DNA of 64,000 nucleotides from the NCBI GenBank assembly GCA_964187785.1, contig OZ076409.1, positions 42,906,001-42,970,000 of the forward strand, read 5' to 3'. The notes under the pieces are model-generated. The model saw nothing but the letters and a program-made list of their open reading frames with translations, did no database searches and was not told the DNA's origin. The DNA is from Amphiscolops sp. MND2022. Its lineage: Eukaryota. How positions within the stretch are numbered: the stretch's first letter is position 1; each line of letters opens with the position of its first letter. This document shows, in pieces, positions 1 through 13,800 of this stretch. The position numbers and the translations under genes were made by a program.

Positions 1-3000
1 GAACCCAATCAGCTAATTCAAGATATACACTTTCAAAAATTTGACACTGACAATGGTCGATCGCCACCAGATAGCTCACAACTTTTCCAACTCCCGAAAC
101 ATGTACTGATCTTTTAATATTGTCGCCGCTGCAACGTGAAATTTACGACCAAATTTTGCAACTTCAGCGTTGTGAAAAAATCCAAAACTATATCACAGGA
201 TAGTTAAGAATTTTTGAAAAAAATGTGCCTAGAATTTATGTATTTTGAGCGCTGATGAAAAGTCAACATTGGAGGACTTCCTTGTTGAATATCCTGACGT
301 GTTTGCAAAACATCGCTTCGATGCTGGGTATAATACCGAATTGAAGATCAAATTAACGCCTGCTGATCAACTTCCGGTATACGTTCAAGGTCCGCCAGCA
401 CCGATTTATTTGCGTGACGAAATCTTAATTGAATTAGCGTTAATACAATTTTTTAATATCAACTACGTTGTCACACACTAAATATTCTAGTCCGATGTTT
501 GTACATCGCAAACCATCTGGCAACCTTCGCATACTTATCGATCTCAGAAGAGTCAATCACCTCCTACGCCATGATTACTCAAATTGCAATTTCCCAATTT
601 CAAATATGACGGATGCGACAAACCATTTTGCGGGGAACAAGCTATTTTTTAAACTCATTGTTCGCAAGCATACCATTGCGTTCAAATGGACGATGACCTT
701 TCAGTACAATTGATGGTATTTAATTTTGCTCCTCGTACATTTTCTTATAATTGTTTAGCCCAAAGGCTGAACAAATCTGTCACTGGGTTCAGTTCCTTCG
801 TTAAACATTAGCTAGATAACTGCCTTACTGCCAATGTTTGTACTCAATTTATGAACGACATTGCCATGGGAGTAAACAATTTTGATGAAATGATTCCTGC
901 TTTGATGAAAATTTTTGATTGCCTGCGCGCATTGGGATTAAAATGTCTGCCCATAAATGTGAATTTGGGACTTTCAAGATTGATTATTTGTGAAGCACTG
1001 TATTATCTAAAGGAATCGCTCCGGAAGCTGACAAAATAAACAAATTTCCCGAAAAAATCAGAATGCCTGAAACTCTTGAACTAGTGAAAAGATTGATTGG
1101 ATTCGTCCTATTTTTTTCGTTCGATCATGCCCAACTTGTGCCAAAAATTGCTACCATTTTACCAACTTTTGCGAAAAGATGTACAATTTAAAATTACGAA
1201 AAAACACAGCGAACAAAGCATTGGATGTATTGAAAACCGATTTACGAAAAGCTACCAACTCTACTTTGTGATTGGCAAAACCTGGCCTCCAATACGTACT
1301 TCTTTGTGACGCTATTTACCATGGTACAGGCTCTGTTCCATGATTGAGGACTATTTGATAGATCAACAAAGAAAAGAAAAGTATATGCGCCAGTTTCCTT
1401 TCGATCTCGACATTTTGCCCGACGCAATTAAAGTTTTCAGTTTACTTCAAAGAATTTCTTGCTCTATTTCGCTTTAGACCATTTTGCACATTTTATATGG
1501 GGAGCAACTAAACCTGTGTTAATACTAACAGATAACCGTAGTCTCACAAATTTCCAGTCTAAAAGTTATCATCCATCGTTATGGAACTGTTTGGATAGTT
1601 TTGTCTTAGCAATTTTTTTCACGAATGCAAACAGACCCTACCCTAACTCTCTCTTAAATTAACTGATCGGATACCTATTCAAGACTTCGAAATCCAAACA
1701 GAGGCGAAAGCCCCGGATGTTGTTTTGTCTAATATTTCGAGTAGACAAAGTTTTCCAGAATTCATTGTTGACAAGGCTGACGAACGCCATCTTTCACAAT
1801 TGAAAGAATTTGGTCTCTATGAACAATTTTACTGAAAACAACTGAAGCGCAGACTGCCCAGTCTCTTGACATTACTGGACTTTACTCATTTTGTCAAACT
1901 TTGAAGATACTTAGTCTCGTCCGGGGAATTCAGCGACATTCTTGATGACTTGCCTAATCGGCCGGAGTCAATAGAGCTCGCCTTAGTACAAATTCAAGAC
2001 GAGATCCGGACACGTCACCCAACTTACCGATAGCTTTGCGAAAATATCGTGAACAGTTTCCACGTCTAATCGTCCAGGACAAAGTTCTTCATCGATTTTT
2101 TTGTGACGACCAAGGAAAAGTACAACACAAACAGTTCTGTGTTCCTTATTCACTATGGCGCGAAGTAATTTACCGCTTGCATAACTCGCCGACAGCAGGC
2201 CAGATGGGAATCAATAAAACGGTTGAAGAGTTTAGAAAACGATTTCATTTTCCGAATTTCACAGAATACCTAACATCAGCCATTCAGAATTGTTTGCAAT
2301 GCTTGCAACTGAAACGTGTACCAAGCAAAAATCTGAAAACTTCGTTGCAGCCGCTTTCCTCGTTAAAATCCTACCCTGGCGAATGCTTCAAGTTGACCTT
2401 GTCGGTCCATTACAGTCACCGCTCTACCGTTATGTCCTTACGGGTATTGATGTTTTCACGACATATCTTTTCGCCGTCCCACTTACGAATGGACGATCAG
2501 AAACTGTTGTACAAGAACTTGCGTCGATATTTTTCCGTCATAGTTACCTTCCGAAAACAATGTTGTCAGACCTGGTACTACTTTTGTGTGTGACTTGATG
2601 CACGAATTGACTAAACTTCTGTAAATAAAATTGGAACATGCCTGTTTGAAGCACCCTCAAACTATCGGTGTCGTGGAGCGCTCGCATAGCGCCCTTAAAA
2701 GAACTTTGAAGTTGAACACCACAGAGCAGTGGAAGACTGGTACAAGTACGTGCAACTTGCTGCATTTATTCATAATACTTCCTATCTTTTTGCAATAGGG
2801 ACGAGCCCGACCGTTTTGTTTCATGGTCAAGAACCTTTGAAACCATTAGATCTCAGATTTCATAATTCGCTTGAAGGTGCGCAACCGGCTACCGTATTTG
2901 TGCTTGCATTGCAGGATACCATGCTACAAAAAATTTTCCGCAGCGGAAAAGAAAATCGACTGCAATGTATAATCCATGCCGAGCATATTATTATAAGGCT

Positions 3001-3393
3001 GAAACGCAGCCTCTAAAGCAGTTCTCGTTTTGTCTCCTCAATCCAAAACTAATGACTCAATCTGATTTTTCGAGTAAGTTCCTTCCTATATGGCTACCAT
3101 TGTATCGCGTCGAGCAAGTTTTAACAATTTCAAACGACATAATTCGTAAAGGCGGTAGAAACTACACTCAATGCGTTTATCGAATCCGTCTCCGTCCGGT
3201 TGTACCTCAATATCAAGTTGACGACTTAACGCAGATTGACCCGGATAATTTTCAACGCGATCCTATGCTTGGGCGATTCCGCGGCAAACCAGCTATTTTT
3301 GATGAAAGCATTCCAACTCTTCTGCTTTCTCCTTCAGAGGAACCTTGTGGAGTTCACAACGAAGAAAAGCCTCCCGGTCACAGTTTCGCTTAG
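1..3393 (+). pseudogene. Degenerate Ty3/Gypsy pol (RT, RNase H, integrase); 5' part lies before the window
   Basis: Frameshifted fragments in Gypsy order: RT (YSSPMFVHRKPSGNLRILIDLRRVN, FMNDI at the YxDD position), RNase H (FIWGATKPVLILTDNRSL), integrase zinc finger (LHNSPTAG...CLQC) and core (LQVDLVGPL, GIDVF, SDL, VERSH). Many stops and frameshifts. Confidence 0.93.
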
Positions 3394-6300
3394 TCTTCCT
3401 ATTGCACCCGCTGTTATTCCGGTGGGACCAGCTCCAGGGCCGGCAGTTCTACCCCTACCAGCTGCAGCAGTTGCTCCAGCGATTCCCGCACTGCCAGCCC
3501 AGGACGGAGCGACGGAACAACCAGCGCTTGTGCCACATCTTGAAGATGAATCCACGGATTCTCAGTACTCTCCACATGAGACTTCAGATGATGACCAGGC
3601 ACGATACGCAGGTGCATCTACATCCACCTCGCCCGGGAAAGAATCACGTACGGTCCGTCCGAAACTTCCGACTAACTCATCACGCACTAATCGCACTTTG
3701 AATTTCGACGAGACTCGTCAAACAATACCGGTCTTTATTGGACATGGGCCAAGATCTTACGGACTACCTTCACTTCCAACACCGCTGACTCAGGTCCCCG
3801 GATTTAAGTTATCGACGGCAGACCTAACGGCTCTCAATCTAGTCAATCGCAAGGAGTTCAGACAGCTGCACAGACACAATTTACTCCTAAATCATCTCCT
3901 GAAAACTTTGAAAATCAACGGGAATTGAAAGCACGCTATAACTTTCGTAATTTGAAGAAACGACTGTCCTCGTCTAATGTTTTGAACTCTTTCTTCTCAC
4001 AGTCATCCGAATTTTCGCTTTTCGAATATTTCAGAATCTATTGACTATCGGTCATTGTGTTTCTGCAGATTTTTATATGCAACGAGGCCTTGCCTCTGCC
4101 ATCGCATACCGCAATCCAGAGCTTCATCAAATATGTTTTGAAACTTGAACACTTTTACCGCTGGGATCACTTGTCTCTCATTTCGATCGGTTGAACCAAC
4201 GTTATATCTACAAATTAGTCATCAAAAAGAAATTTTCCATAAATCTACATACGAATCGCTTCAGTTGAGCATAATGGCCCTTCGTCAGCATCTAGAGCGC
4301 CATCATGGCAGTGGTCGTGAGCGCTTACATTGGCCAACTGTATTCTCCATTTTGATCATTTTTTCGAAGTCATCCATATTACTATCACAATATTTCAACC
4401 TTCACGTTAGCGGGTAGCCTCTCTTCGACTGCCGCTTGCTTTTACAACCCTAGGGCTTCCTTCATGACTTTTCCCACGCGAGAAAAGTACCACTTCCCGC
4501 AGCAACTTGCAAAAAGGACCGTTTCAACAGCAATTTTTTCACGGTCGAAAGGTCGGATTGCCCGGGATTTGCGGTAACCGGGAATCTTTTGCTCTAGTTT
4601 CCTCTTTTGCCCTCGCATTTTATAGAAAAAGGAAGAAAAAATTTTTGCAATGGCCCTAATTCTATATATATTTTTGAGAAATGGCGTTCAGAAAACAAGT
4701 CTTCTCATACTCCTCAATCTTTCGCCTGCTCTGGCCTCCTTAAACACATCTAGTGGTTCAACATTTCTCTGCCTATGCATATTTCCATGATGTAATCAGG
4801 ATGATGATCGAATTATGAGATGATTAATGCCAGTATTTTTTGGCTCTTTTTGAAGGAACACCATCTTTTTCCTCGCCCCCTCGAACATTCGATCATTGAT
4901 AAAAAGATTTATGCTCAAATTCTCAACTACAGTTCCCACCCTGAAATCACATTCCGCCAAATGCTAATTTCTTACTTCTCGATAGGCCACTCAACCAAAG
5001 GTTCACAATGAAATCTGCGCTCTTTCTCACAATGTGCATCAAGAACGCAGCTCGATTTCCAGGGGCATTATTACTGGCTGGATACCGTATCCATCTTTTC
5101 CCCTTGATACCGCCCGTAGACCAGTATGTCCCATCCGAGAAATTGAGCAGTTCCCAGTATCTTCAAAAACAAAAAGAAAATAATATTCCGAGCAATTGCC
5201 GTTTTTATGTTTCTGCGATAGCAGGAATAGTATTGAAATCTCAAGATGTCTACTTTTTTTCAGTGCAGTTCTTCGAACGATACTGAATAATTCAGATAAT
5301 TGTTCGGCAGTGACAGTAAGCGTGAGAATTAAATTTCTCAAGCTGCCGACGACATTTCAAGACTCGAGCGATGGAACGAGCGAGTGGTAATTATGCATTC
5401 ATACGCTGACGTCATTGAGATGAAGCGAATGAGTGTTAATTATTCGTTCTCGGAGAGCTTCGCCTGCATTCGAATGCGAATGCGAAACTTCATCTACGCT
5501 TAGTAGTTATATTTTCTTTAGTCCGAGAAGAATTAAAGGCGGTGTAAACTTGTACAGTGATTGTGCGCTAAATAATGATTGAACAGTGTATTGGTATTCC
5601 AGATGATTCCGTCATTTAAAAACACTGAATTATACCCTTGTTATTAAATACAAAATCATCTTGGTTTTAAAACAAAGTGTATTGATATTAATGAAAGATT
5701 AAAGCAGAAATAGTAATGTACCCCGGAGGGACCTATTGCTAAAATTGTGTCTAACTTACCCAGGGCTCGCTGATATCAGCATTCGACTAGCACATTGCCT
5801 CTAGTTCCCATATGTTTAGAGCATACCCCAGACATTCTAGTTGACGCCTTTTCGAATTCCTCTGTTTTCATATGACTTCCTGTGCCTGTGTTGATTCGTT
5901 TTAAGGCGGAGCCGTCTTTTTTCTTATCTGCAATGCTACACTTCGACAACTATTTTAGTTTTTGTTTTCCGGTTTAAATTAACACAATACGTTACCACTT
6001 TCTCTGCCGGTTAACAGAAAGAAGATGCTTGACACCCAATATTTCCCTCCTTGAGCAAGAGTAGCTCTTCAAGTTGGTTCCTCGGTTTCGCCCAGACCCA
6101 CTAATCGCAATCCGCTGTAATCATCTCGGATTGTCGTGAACTTTAATACCAGCTTCTCACAAACCTGCTTTTTAGCAGTTTCACTTACACTGGTCGCTCT
6201 CCCAACGATGTCCTTTTTGTATTGCCCAGAAACATTCTGGACAGTCATGCAAGTACGTAAAAACATCATACGGGTATTTATTTTCCGAGGCAATAGACTT

Positions 6301-7564
6301 TTCCAGACAACTGACTATTAATTGCTTTGTCAGATCCGCCTGTAAAAGGTGGTGATACGTAACCAGTCTCCGATAATGCCTGTCTTAATACTTTTATGCC
6401 TCGGGCATGATTTTCTTTTCTGTTATGAACAGGCTCCTATACAGAGTACATGTCGGGAATTGTCAGTATTTTTTCCGTTCCGGAACAGTCCATTCCCGTC
6501 AATGGTAAAGAATTTGAGCCTCTTCCACCATGTATCCCTCAGTCCCCTTGAGTGAGATATTGTTTCGTCTAATTCTGCAGTTGCTTTCATTTTCACAAAA
6601 GCATCAAACATAAATTGTTCCATCTTGCTCTCTGAAAAACGAGTTGCGACTCTTGTTTGCTGGTCTTTTAGTGTGACCTTAAAATATTATCCATTTATAC
6701 TTTGACTCTCTCGGTTTGGGTTTTCTATTGATATTCGATCTCTGACTTTTGGAATTCATTTCCTCTTAGTGTTTTTTTGCCGGTTTACCACTCGTTCTTT
6801 TCTAATTATGCCTAAAGACTTGGATTTCGCGTTTCACTATACTTGGGCGTGTTTTCATGATGGTACGGAGTACCCCATCATCCTGAATCAAAACTGATGA
6901 GATTGGCTATTTCACTGATCTTATGGGACGGGACACTGATGTATTTACGTTCTGGTTCCCCTCAATGGATTGAACTTGCTCTCTTCTTTCAGAGACAGGA
7001 TTTTCCTATCCCAATGTTCGGTGGTCTGCGAACACTCATCAAATTTCGCCAGCTGAAGAATGCTTTGCTTAATGCTTATCAAGCCGTATGAACATTTCGT
7101 CCTATCAAATATAGCTTTCATTTATCTCACAATTTGTTCCTAACTTGGTCAATTTGAAAGGTTGTCTTGTAAACTGAATTTTTCGGACAATGTCAGTTTT
7201 TTTTCACTAGATTTTCCTACCTGACAGTGAGTTTGCTTTCTGGAGTTTAGACTCAAGTTTCCCTAACCATACAGTTTTAGACCTCAAACGTTTTCAACTT
7301 TCGACGTACCTTGTTGTACAAAAGTAAAGACAATTGATACTCTTTCATTTTTACTTTCTTTACATTAGCACCGGATATTGATTGAAATTTGAAACCACAA
7401 TTTTTGTGATCTTTCAACAACCCACAGCCCCGCCCAGAAACACCCAAAGTGCCATTCTTGCTTTCGAGATCGATCGAATTAGTTGATACAGTATTCTTTC
7501 GAAAATTTTCTATTCTACACCTACTTTCGCAAAAAAGGAAAACAACACAAAGAAAAACGGATCT

Positions 7565-9551
7565 ATGTTGGTTTGGTTCCTACTGGATTTCTTCACCCCT
7601 GCTTCAGTTTGAATTGAGTGACTTTCCAATTTAGAAGCCTCCAATAACCCGAACAAAATCCAAGAAAAGGGCGTTCTGTTCCATGAACGCAGTAAAATCT
7701 TGCTCGCGGAGAAATGTATCAAAGTAGAATTTTTAGTTCCCTTTCCGACTTATGACTTCGCACTTAACCCAGATATTGTTGCCTTAATGGCCAAGCTTGC
7801 GTCAATGTAGGAACTTCCGTCTGTTTTCTGCCCATTGGATTTTTCAAGTCCATTTTCAACAAATTCAACGCCGTTCAATGTAACCTGGATGTTACACCAA
7901 ATAGAAACTGAATTCCACACCGCGGAACTCGATGTTGCCCTCCTACGTAATGAAATCGTAATGTTTCTCTCCCCTCCTCAGCAGCCACGGAATACTCGCC
8001 ACAGGCGAGGATCCCATGTGGGACTGGCGGCTCTTGCTGCCGTCGGACTTTTCGGAGGAGGAGTGGCTATCGGCAGTTCAGACTCCTGTGGACTACAAGG
8101 CATTTTTGGTTCCTGTCAAGACGATGTGAAAGCAAATGCCGAGAACATTCGCAAACTATCTGACTTCCAGGACGTTTAAACCCAGTATGTAGCCTAATTT
8201 ACAACATCGACGGACAAAAATTTTTATGGTAGAAAATGAATTGGCAGCACTTCATGACATCCAGAGGGAACTTGTTACGACATCCAGAGGGAACTCAGCT
8301 ACTTTTTCCCAATCAGCAATTGAACTTTAACTTCTGCACCCTTTCGTCCCTTCTCACCATGATACAAGCAAGTGTTAAGAGCTATCGCGGGGCCTTATTT
8401 GCATTCCGGTTGAATATCTTGAATTCGATTCCAGTTATACTTAGAGGTCACTTACCTATGTCCTTAGTACCAACGGAATCGTTACTGGCTATCCTTCGCA
8501 GTGTTGCGATGAAACAGAGGACGGCTGAGGATAGACTATCTCTCGCTATCCCAATGTCAGATCTGCTGTCCTACTTTGATTCCAAGCTTTTAGCAGATAC
8601 TATAACGGTTCACAAAGGTCTTTTGATGACACTCAACATCCCGCTAGCAACTAAGCAGACGGTTTTGTCTATGAAGCAAAATTAATTCCTATGCCATCTC
8701 CAGATGATCCTCAGTCGGCTTTTACATGGAACATCGAAGCTCCATATTAATCTTTGTCGGAGGATCACATGGAGTCATCTGTGTTACCGAATCCCGTTGG
8801 CTCATCCCGTTACCGAATCTGTTCAGAGTCTGTTCCAACAGAGATGGGACACTCACCTTGTTTAGCCACCTTGTATTCAAGTACCGCTTCGGAGGCTCCT
8901 GCTGTATGATACCGCGATTGTACAACTGCCAGCTATGGAACAGGCGACAAATTTAGGCTATGGTATTTGGTTTATTTAATCGGCTCACGCCGTTACCCTT
9001 CGTGAAGTTTCATCTTCATCTGTTCAGGGCTCTTTTCGCGGATGCCGCATCTGTCTTATCACCTTAGCTAGTGGAATGCGAATGCGAATCATGACTGACA
9101 ATACCAAAATTCGGTCGGATCTATCAAGTGCTCATATTTCACCAATAAAATTGCAAGTTTCTCTGCCTAATCCTATCTCTTTCTTGGTTATGGAAGTCCC
9201 CCTTTGGAAAAGTTACCGTTTTACACATCGAAAGCTGAAGTAGTAGTGAAGTTAATGAAAGAGGTAAATCTACAGTTAGCAAAAGGACCAAAGAATCGCG
9301 AAGGCAAACATCTTATCGACATTGCAAGACCATATGCATCCGAAATAAAACTCCTGAAACCAGCATTAACAAAAGAATTCAATCAATATGTCTCATTCCG
9401 AGTCTCATTCATGCTCACAATAACTGTGTTTATTGAATCAACGGCTTTGCACTTACTCTTCATGTACATTCATCATCGATACAATTTGGCATCGAAATTG
9501 TTTCCATCCTTACTTGATAAAAACAAAAAAAAGTGCGAGCTAAACCTATGA
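7565..9551 (+). pseudogene. env-like class I fusion glycoprotein (F-protein type), disrupted
   Basis: Hydrophobic N-terminus MLVWFLL from ATG 7565; furin-type site RHRR followed by a Gly/Ala-rich fusion peptide GSHVGLAALAAVGLFGGGVAIG (ORF 7835-8179); helical segment; Cys-containing middle; C-terminal hydrophobic segment VSFMLTITVFIESTALHLLFMYI with basic tail (ORF 9204-9551). Confidence 0.8.
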
Positions 9552-10585
9552 TGAAATTGGAAACAACCGAGGATTTATTGTCAAAATATAGATCTCAAAC
9601 TTTCTACAGTAGAACTAGAGGAAAAAAACCAAATTCCCAAGGTTCGCCTAGATCGCATTTGGTGTTAAAGGTACAGGAGTAACAATCACTGAGACAGCGG
9701 AGAAAAAACCTCGGGAGCATTAACTTTAACATCACAGCAGGTCCGGAAAGTTTCCAGGAATATAAATTGAGAGTCCTCATTGGTGAATCGAACTCTTGAT
9801 TTCATTTCGGAATTTTTCAATCCAAAAACTGGAACTCCGTTCACGCATTGTGTTGACATACTTCGCCTGGAGACAGTGAAACCACCAAATTGTTGTAGAT
9901 TCGTCAGATCTAGACCCTATTGAATTCAATCCGATCCATCTTAAGGCAAATTCCGGAGCTAGCTGAGTTCTTTCGACGAAGAGTTCTTAGACGACGCTCG
10001 CATCGCCGTAGAAACACTGTTTGAAGGACAATGGATGCAAACATGGAATAAGACGCGAGATCCATCACCAACAGCTGCGTCAAACTCAACTAGTATCTGG
10101 TTTTCCTATAATCACAAAAAATTTTGATCAAGCCAGAACTGCTCGAATAGCTCACTTGAATTCACCGTTACCTAGTAGAGCTTCCTCACTGGAAGCTAGT
10201 AGAAGAACCTTAGAAGCAGTAGAGTCAATGTAACAAAACACACATTGTAAACTGGTAACACAGTCCTTAGTCTACACTGTAACTATGGTCACAAAAATTA
10301 ACTCGAAAGTATTGTAACAACACCAAGAGACTCGCTAAATGTTATCGAGCAATAGCATTCTGTTAGCTGACAACTATCAAACAGGACTTGTTCATAAACA
10401 GCGAACCATACAAACCATCGACGCTGCGATTTTCTGTTCTACTTCGACGGAACATATTCGACAAAATTCGTTTTTATGATTTTTGTGTTGGCACAAATTT
10501 ACGCCCCTGCTTTTTTCTTGGTGAAATCGAACAAAACTGTTTATTGAATTTCTATACCCTACGGTTGATGTTTTCTTTAATTCAG

Positions 10586-10807
10586 GGTCTCATATATCCT
10601 ACACGGCTGAAGAGGACGAAGTGAATGTTCGCATCTGTCCTTTCATCTTCATGCCGACCATGGCCTCATACTCCTTGCTGTGGGTGACCGACTCTATCCA
10701 GGAAGGAGGCTTGATTATCAGAGAGCACACATTGGCCAAGAACGCACCCACAGCTGCGTTGAGAACTGCTCGAATGATGCCGTGGGAACCAGAGGAAACT
10801 ATTGAAG
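10586..10807 (+). CDS. TTLL12: TTLL12 exon (SET-like domain part)
   Basis: ttcag| acceptor, GSHISYTAEEDEVNVRICPFIFMPTMASYSLLW...PWEPEETIE, donor g|gttaag. Confidence 0.85.
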
Positions 10808-13800
10808 GTTAAGATAGCTCCGTTTCAGTCGGTTTAACGCTAAAGCTTTCAAACATTCGTTGTTACTTGGTGTCTTTTCAGAAGCTCAGCCTCTATTTCT
10901 TCCCAATTTCCAAGAAGTGGGTCGTCATCGAAACGAAACTCTACCTATGACTAACTCGGAAAACACAGCTGGGTCTGTGACTTTGCCTTTTCTGCCTGAT
11001 GATAAAACACATCGTGTCTTCAATGGCCACAAAGACGTCTCCAATTATCTCAATTGCCTGTTTTTCAAGTTTGTGTACTATGATCATGCTGTGGATAGAC
11101 CAGGAGAGGAAGAAAATGAACGAAGTGGCTCAGATCTGGATGCTATCGATCGTGTGGACGCTGACGTGTATTTCCTGCTCTGTCATTTCAAGAGATTTGA
11201 CAGGATAGTTGAGATGCAGAAATTTATCAACCAGTTTCCTAGTGAACATCTCTTCCATTGTAAAGACTTACTTGGTGAGTGACTAGGTTTTCCCTGTATT
11301 CTTTTTAGTATGTTTACGTTTTATGGTTTTTCACCTGTTTGGTTTTTGTGTTGATTAAACACGTTGAAAAGTGTGTCTTGTTTTCTTCGAATATCAATAC
11401 TTCCAATTTTGGAGCTAAAATTTAGGGGGGTGTTGAGGGATATGTTAGTGATGTGATCCAAAATGAACTGAATTTAGAATGTTATTACTTCAGTCTCAGT
11501 CTAATAAGAAAGTAATGGGAAAATATTAAACAGACATCACAAAGTTTTACAATTCTGATATTTTAAGTTTCGCCGCGTTTTTGACATTGGTGAAGAATTC
11601 AGCCGTTTGTGTTATTGTCTTTTTCGCTGTCAGTCAGTTTCGTCGTATGCAGTGTCACTTAAGAAGATAATTGAATCGTGTCACATTGAAGTCTTCAACT
11701 GGTTTTGACTGATGTAAATAAATTTACCTTTGTTTTTAGCCGCATGTGTGATTGCCCATGCCCTGGTGTCGTCGCCAGCTGAGACAGAAGAGTTGGAACT
11801 GCCTAAATGGTTTCAGATGACTTACAATCTCCATTATGATCTGCCACGCTTTGTGTATGACTGGAATCGACGGAGAACCGCTGCATCGTCAAATGGAAAT
11901 TCTGCAGGTGGATTGGATATTTCAATGATTAAATATTCATATCTGAAAATTGCTCAAAACTGAAATAACCGGTTATATTGTTAAACCACTAATACGAAAT
12001 TACTCATTGTAAATGGAGTTGATTATACAAGTAGTTTGTGGCATTGATCAAATAGTGCAATATGGTACTTCAGGAACAAGTGACTACGCAACCTCATCCA
12101 GTCGTGAAATCCTCAATTTGAGATCTGAGGCCACCCACCCAGTGTTGATACTGCAAAGCTCCATCTAACAGCATATTGAAATTTTCTTTGCCAATGCTTA
12201 ACACAACACATAAAATAATGTTTCTGACTTCCCTTCCTGAAACTACTGCAACGCTTTTTGAGTTCCGAATATGTGCAATTTTTTACCACAGGGTATTGAG
12301 TCCAGGAAGTTGGCTAAATAAGATTTTTAAAACTCTTACCTCTTTACATTTTTTCTTTATCTCACCCGCTCATCATTATTTCACTTGATTGTAATGGACC
12401 GTGTGCATCGAAATCAAAAAGGGCGATGGTTTGAATATGTAGCTCGTTTTCATGGAGGGCTTGCCAGCAAATACATGTGGATGGTGTCGATACGCTGCAG
12501 AGCCTCCTTACAGTGTCAGGGACGGTGCCGTAGAGATAAGTTTGGACACCTCGGCAATTGGAGGAATAATTTGTGTCTAAATAAGATAGGTTTAAATATT
12601 GCACAAAAATACCGTCCGGGTGTACGAGATTTTATTGAATTAGGATAGAAACATGGGAATTGCATTTCTGTTGCCATTGGGGGTTCTAAAACATCTGCAA
12701 ACAAGTGCCGCTTCTTTTATTGGCTGTTTCTACCTGAAGTAATCGCTTCTATAGATCAAACTAAAGACTTCGTGTACAGAAACTACTAGAAATTGTACAT
12801 AAATTACTTTGTTAAAACTGAAAATGATGTGATTTCATGTTTTAGAAGACTTGAACGTGTGGATTTTGAAGCCGTGGAACATGTCCCGGGGCGCCTGTTC
12901 CTATGTTACCAACAACCTGGACCAAATAGTGCGAATGAGCGAGACCTCGGTGCCTCTCATTGCTCAGAAGTACATCGAGCGGCCCCTCACCTTCTACAGA
13001 CCGGATAAACAGTACAGCGTCAAATTTGACATGCGTGTAAGTTCTTCCAAAGAAATAAATCAAACTTATCCAGGGTCATCTTATTTTCTGTCGAACGTAC
13101 TGGCTTTACGTTAATACAGTGATTCTAGGAATAACAAGTGGTCCTGGCCTAATTTTGACGGTGGGTCTTCCGATAGATAAGCAGCGGGTACGCACATCTT
13201 GTTGATCCTAAAATCCGTTAGCTTTTCAGTTCTAAAAACTGAAGGAATTTGTACTTCGGCTCGATCAATGGGTGTTGTTCAAACTAGGTAGTTTGTCGAT
13301 GTAATCTTTGTTGATAACAATTTCATTAGGTGAAAAGCTACTTTTGCTTCCAAAATGGGCCCAAAAGTTGAGCTTCAATTTCCCCAATTCGCAAGTTTGT
13401 AGAGATAACTGGCACTGGAGAAATGATTGAACGAAGAGGTGCATGCATTTTTACCGATTTACCACATTCAGACCCAAAAATTTGTTTCCAGATCTTTGTC
13501 GTGGTGCAGTCACTGGTGCCTCTGCAGGCTTACGTTTACAATAAGTACTTGGCTAGGCTAGCAAATCTAGAGTTCAAGCTTGAGCATTTCCACCAGTATG
13601 AGAGACATTTCTCCTCCATGGGCTATCTGGATGGAGGCCGCAGATGCTGGTACATGCCTTACGAACAATTCCGAGAACATATGCTCAACTATAGACAAGA
13701 GGTTAGGTATTTTGCCAAGGTTGTTGAGGATTAATTCAGACCTGAATATTTCATTATTCTGTGAATTATCCGATGATTGAATTCGATAAATTTCCAAAGC

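Larger units (their letters stand above)
1..10233 (+). mobile_element. Large env-bearing Gypsy-like retroelement (endogenous-virus-like), decayed; ends not resolved
   Basis: pol (1-3393), Pro/Ala-rich extension (3236-3928), further ORF remnants and an env-like gene (7565-9551), mostly colinear on +. No LTR pair can be confirmed inside the window. Confidence 0.7.
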
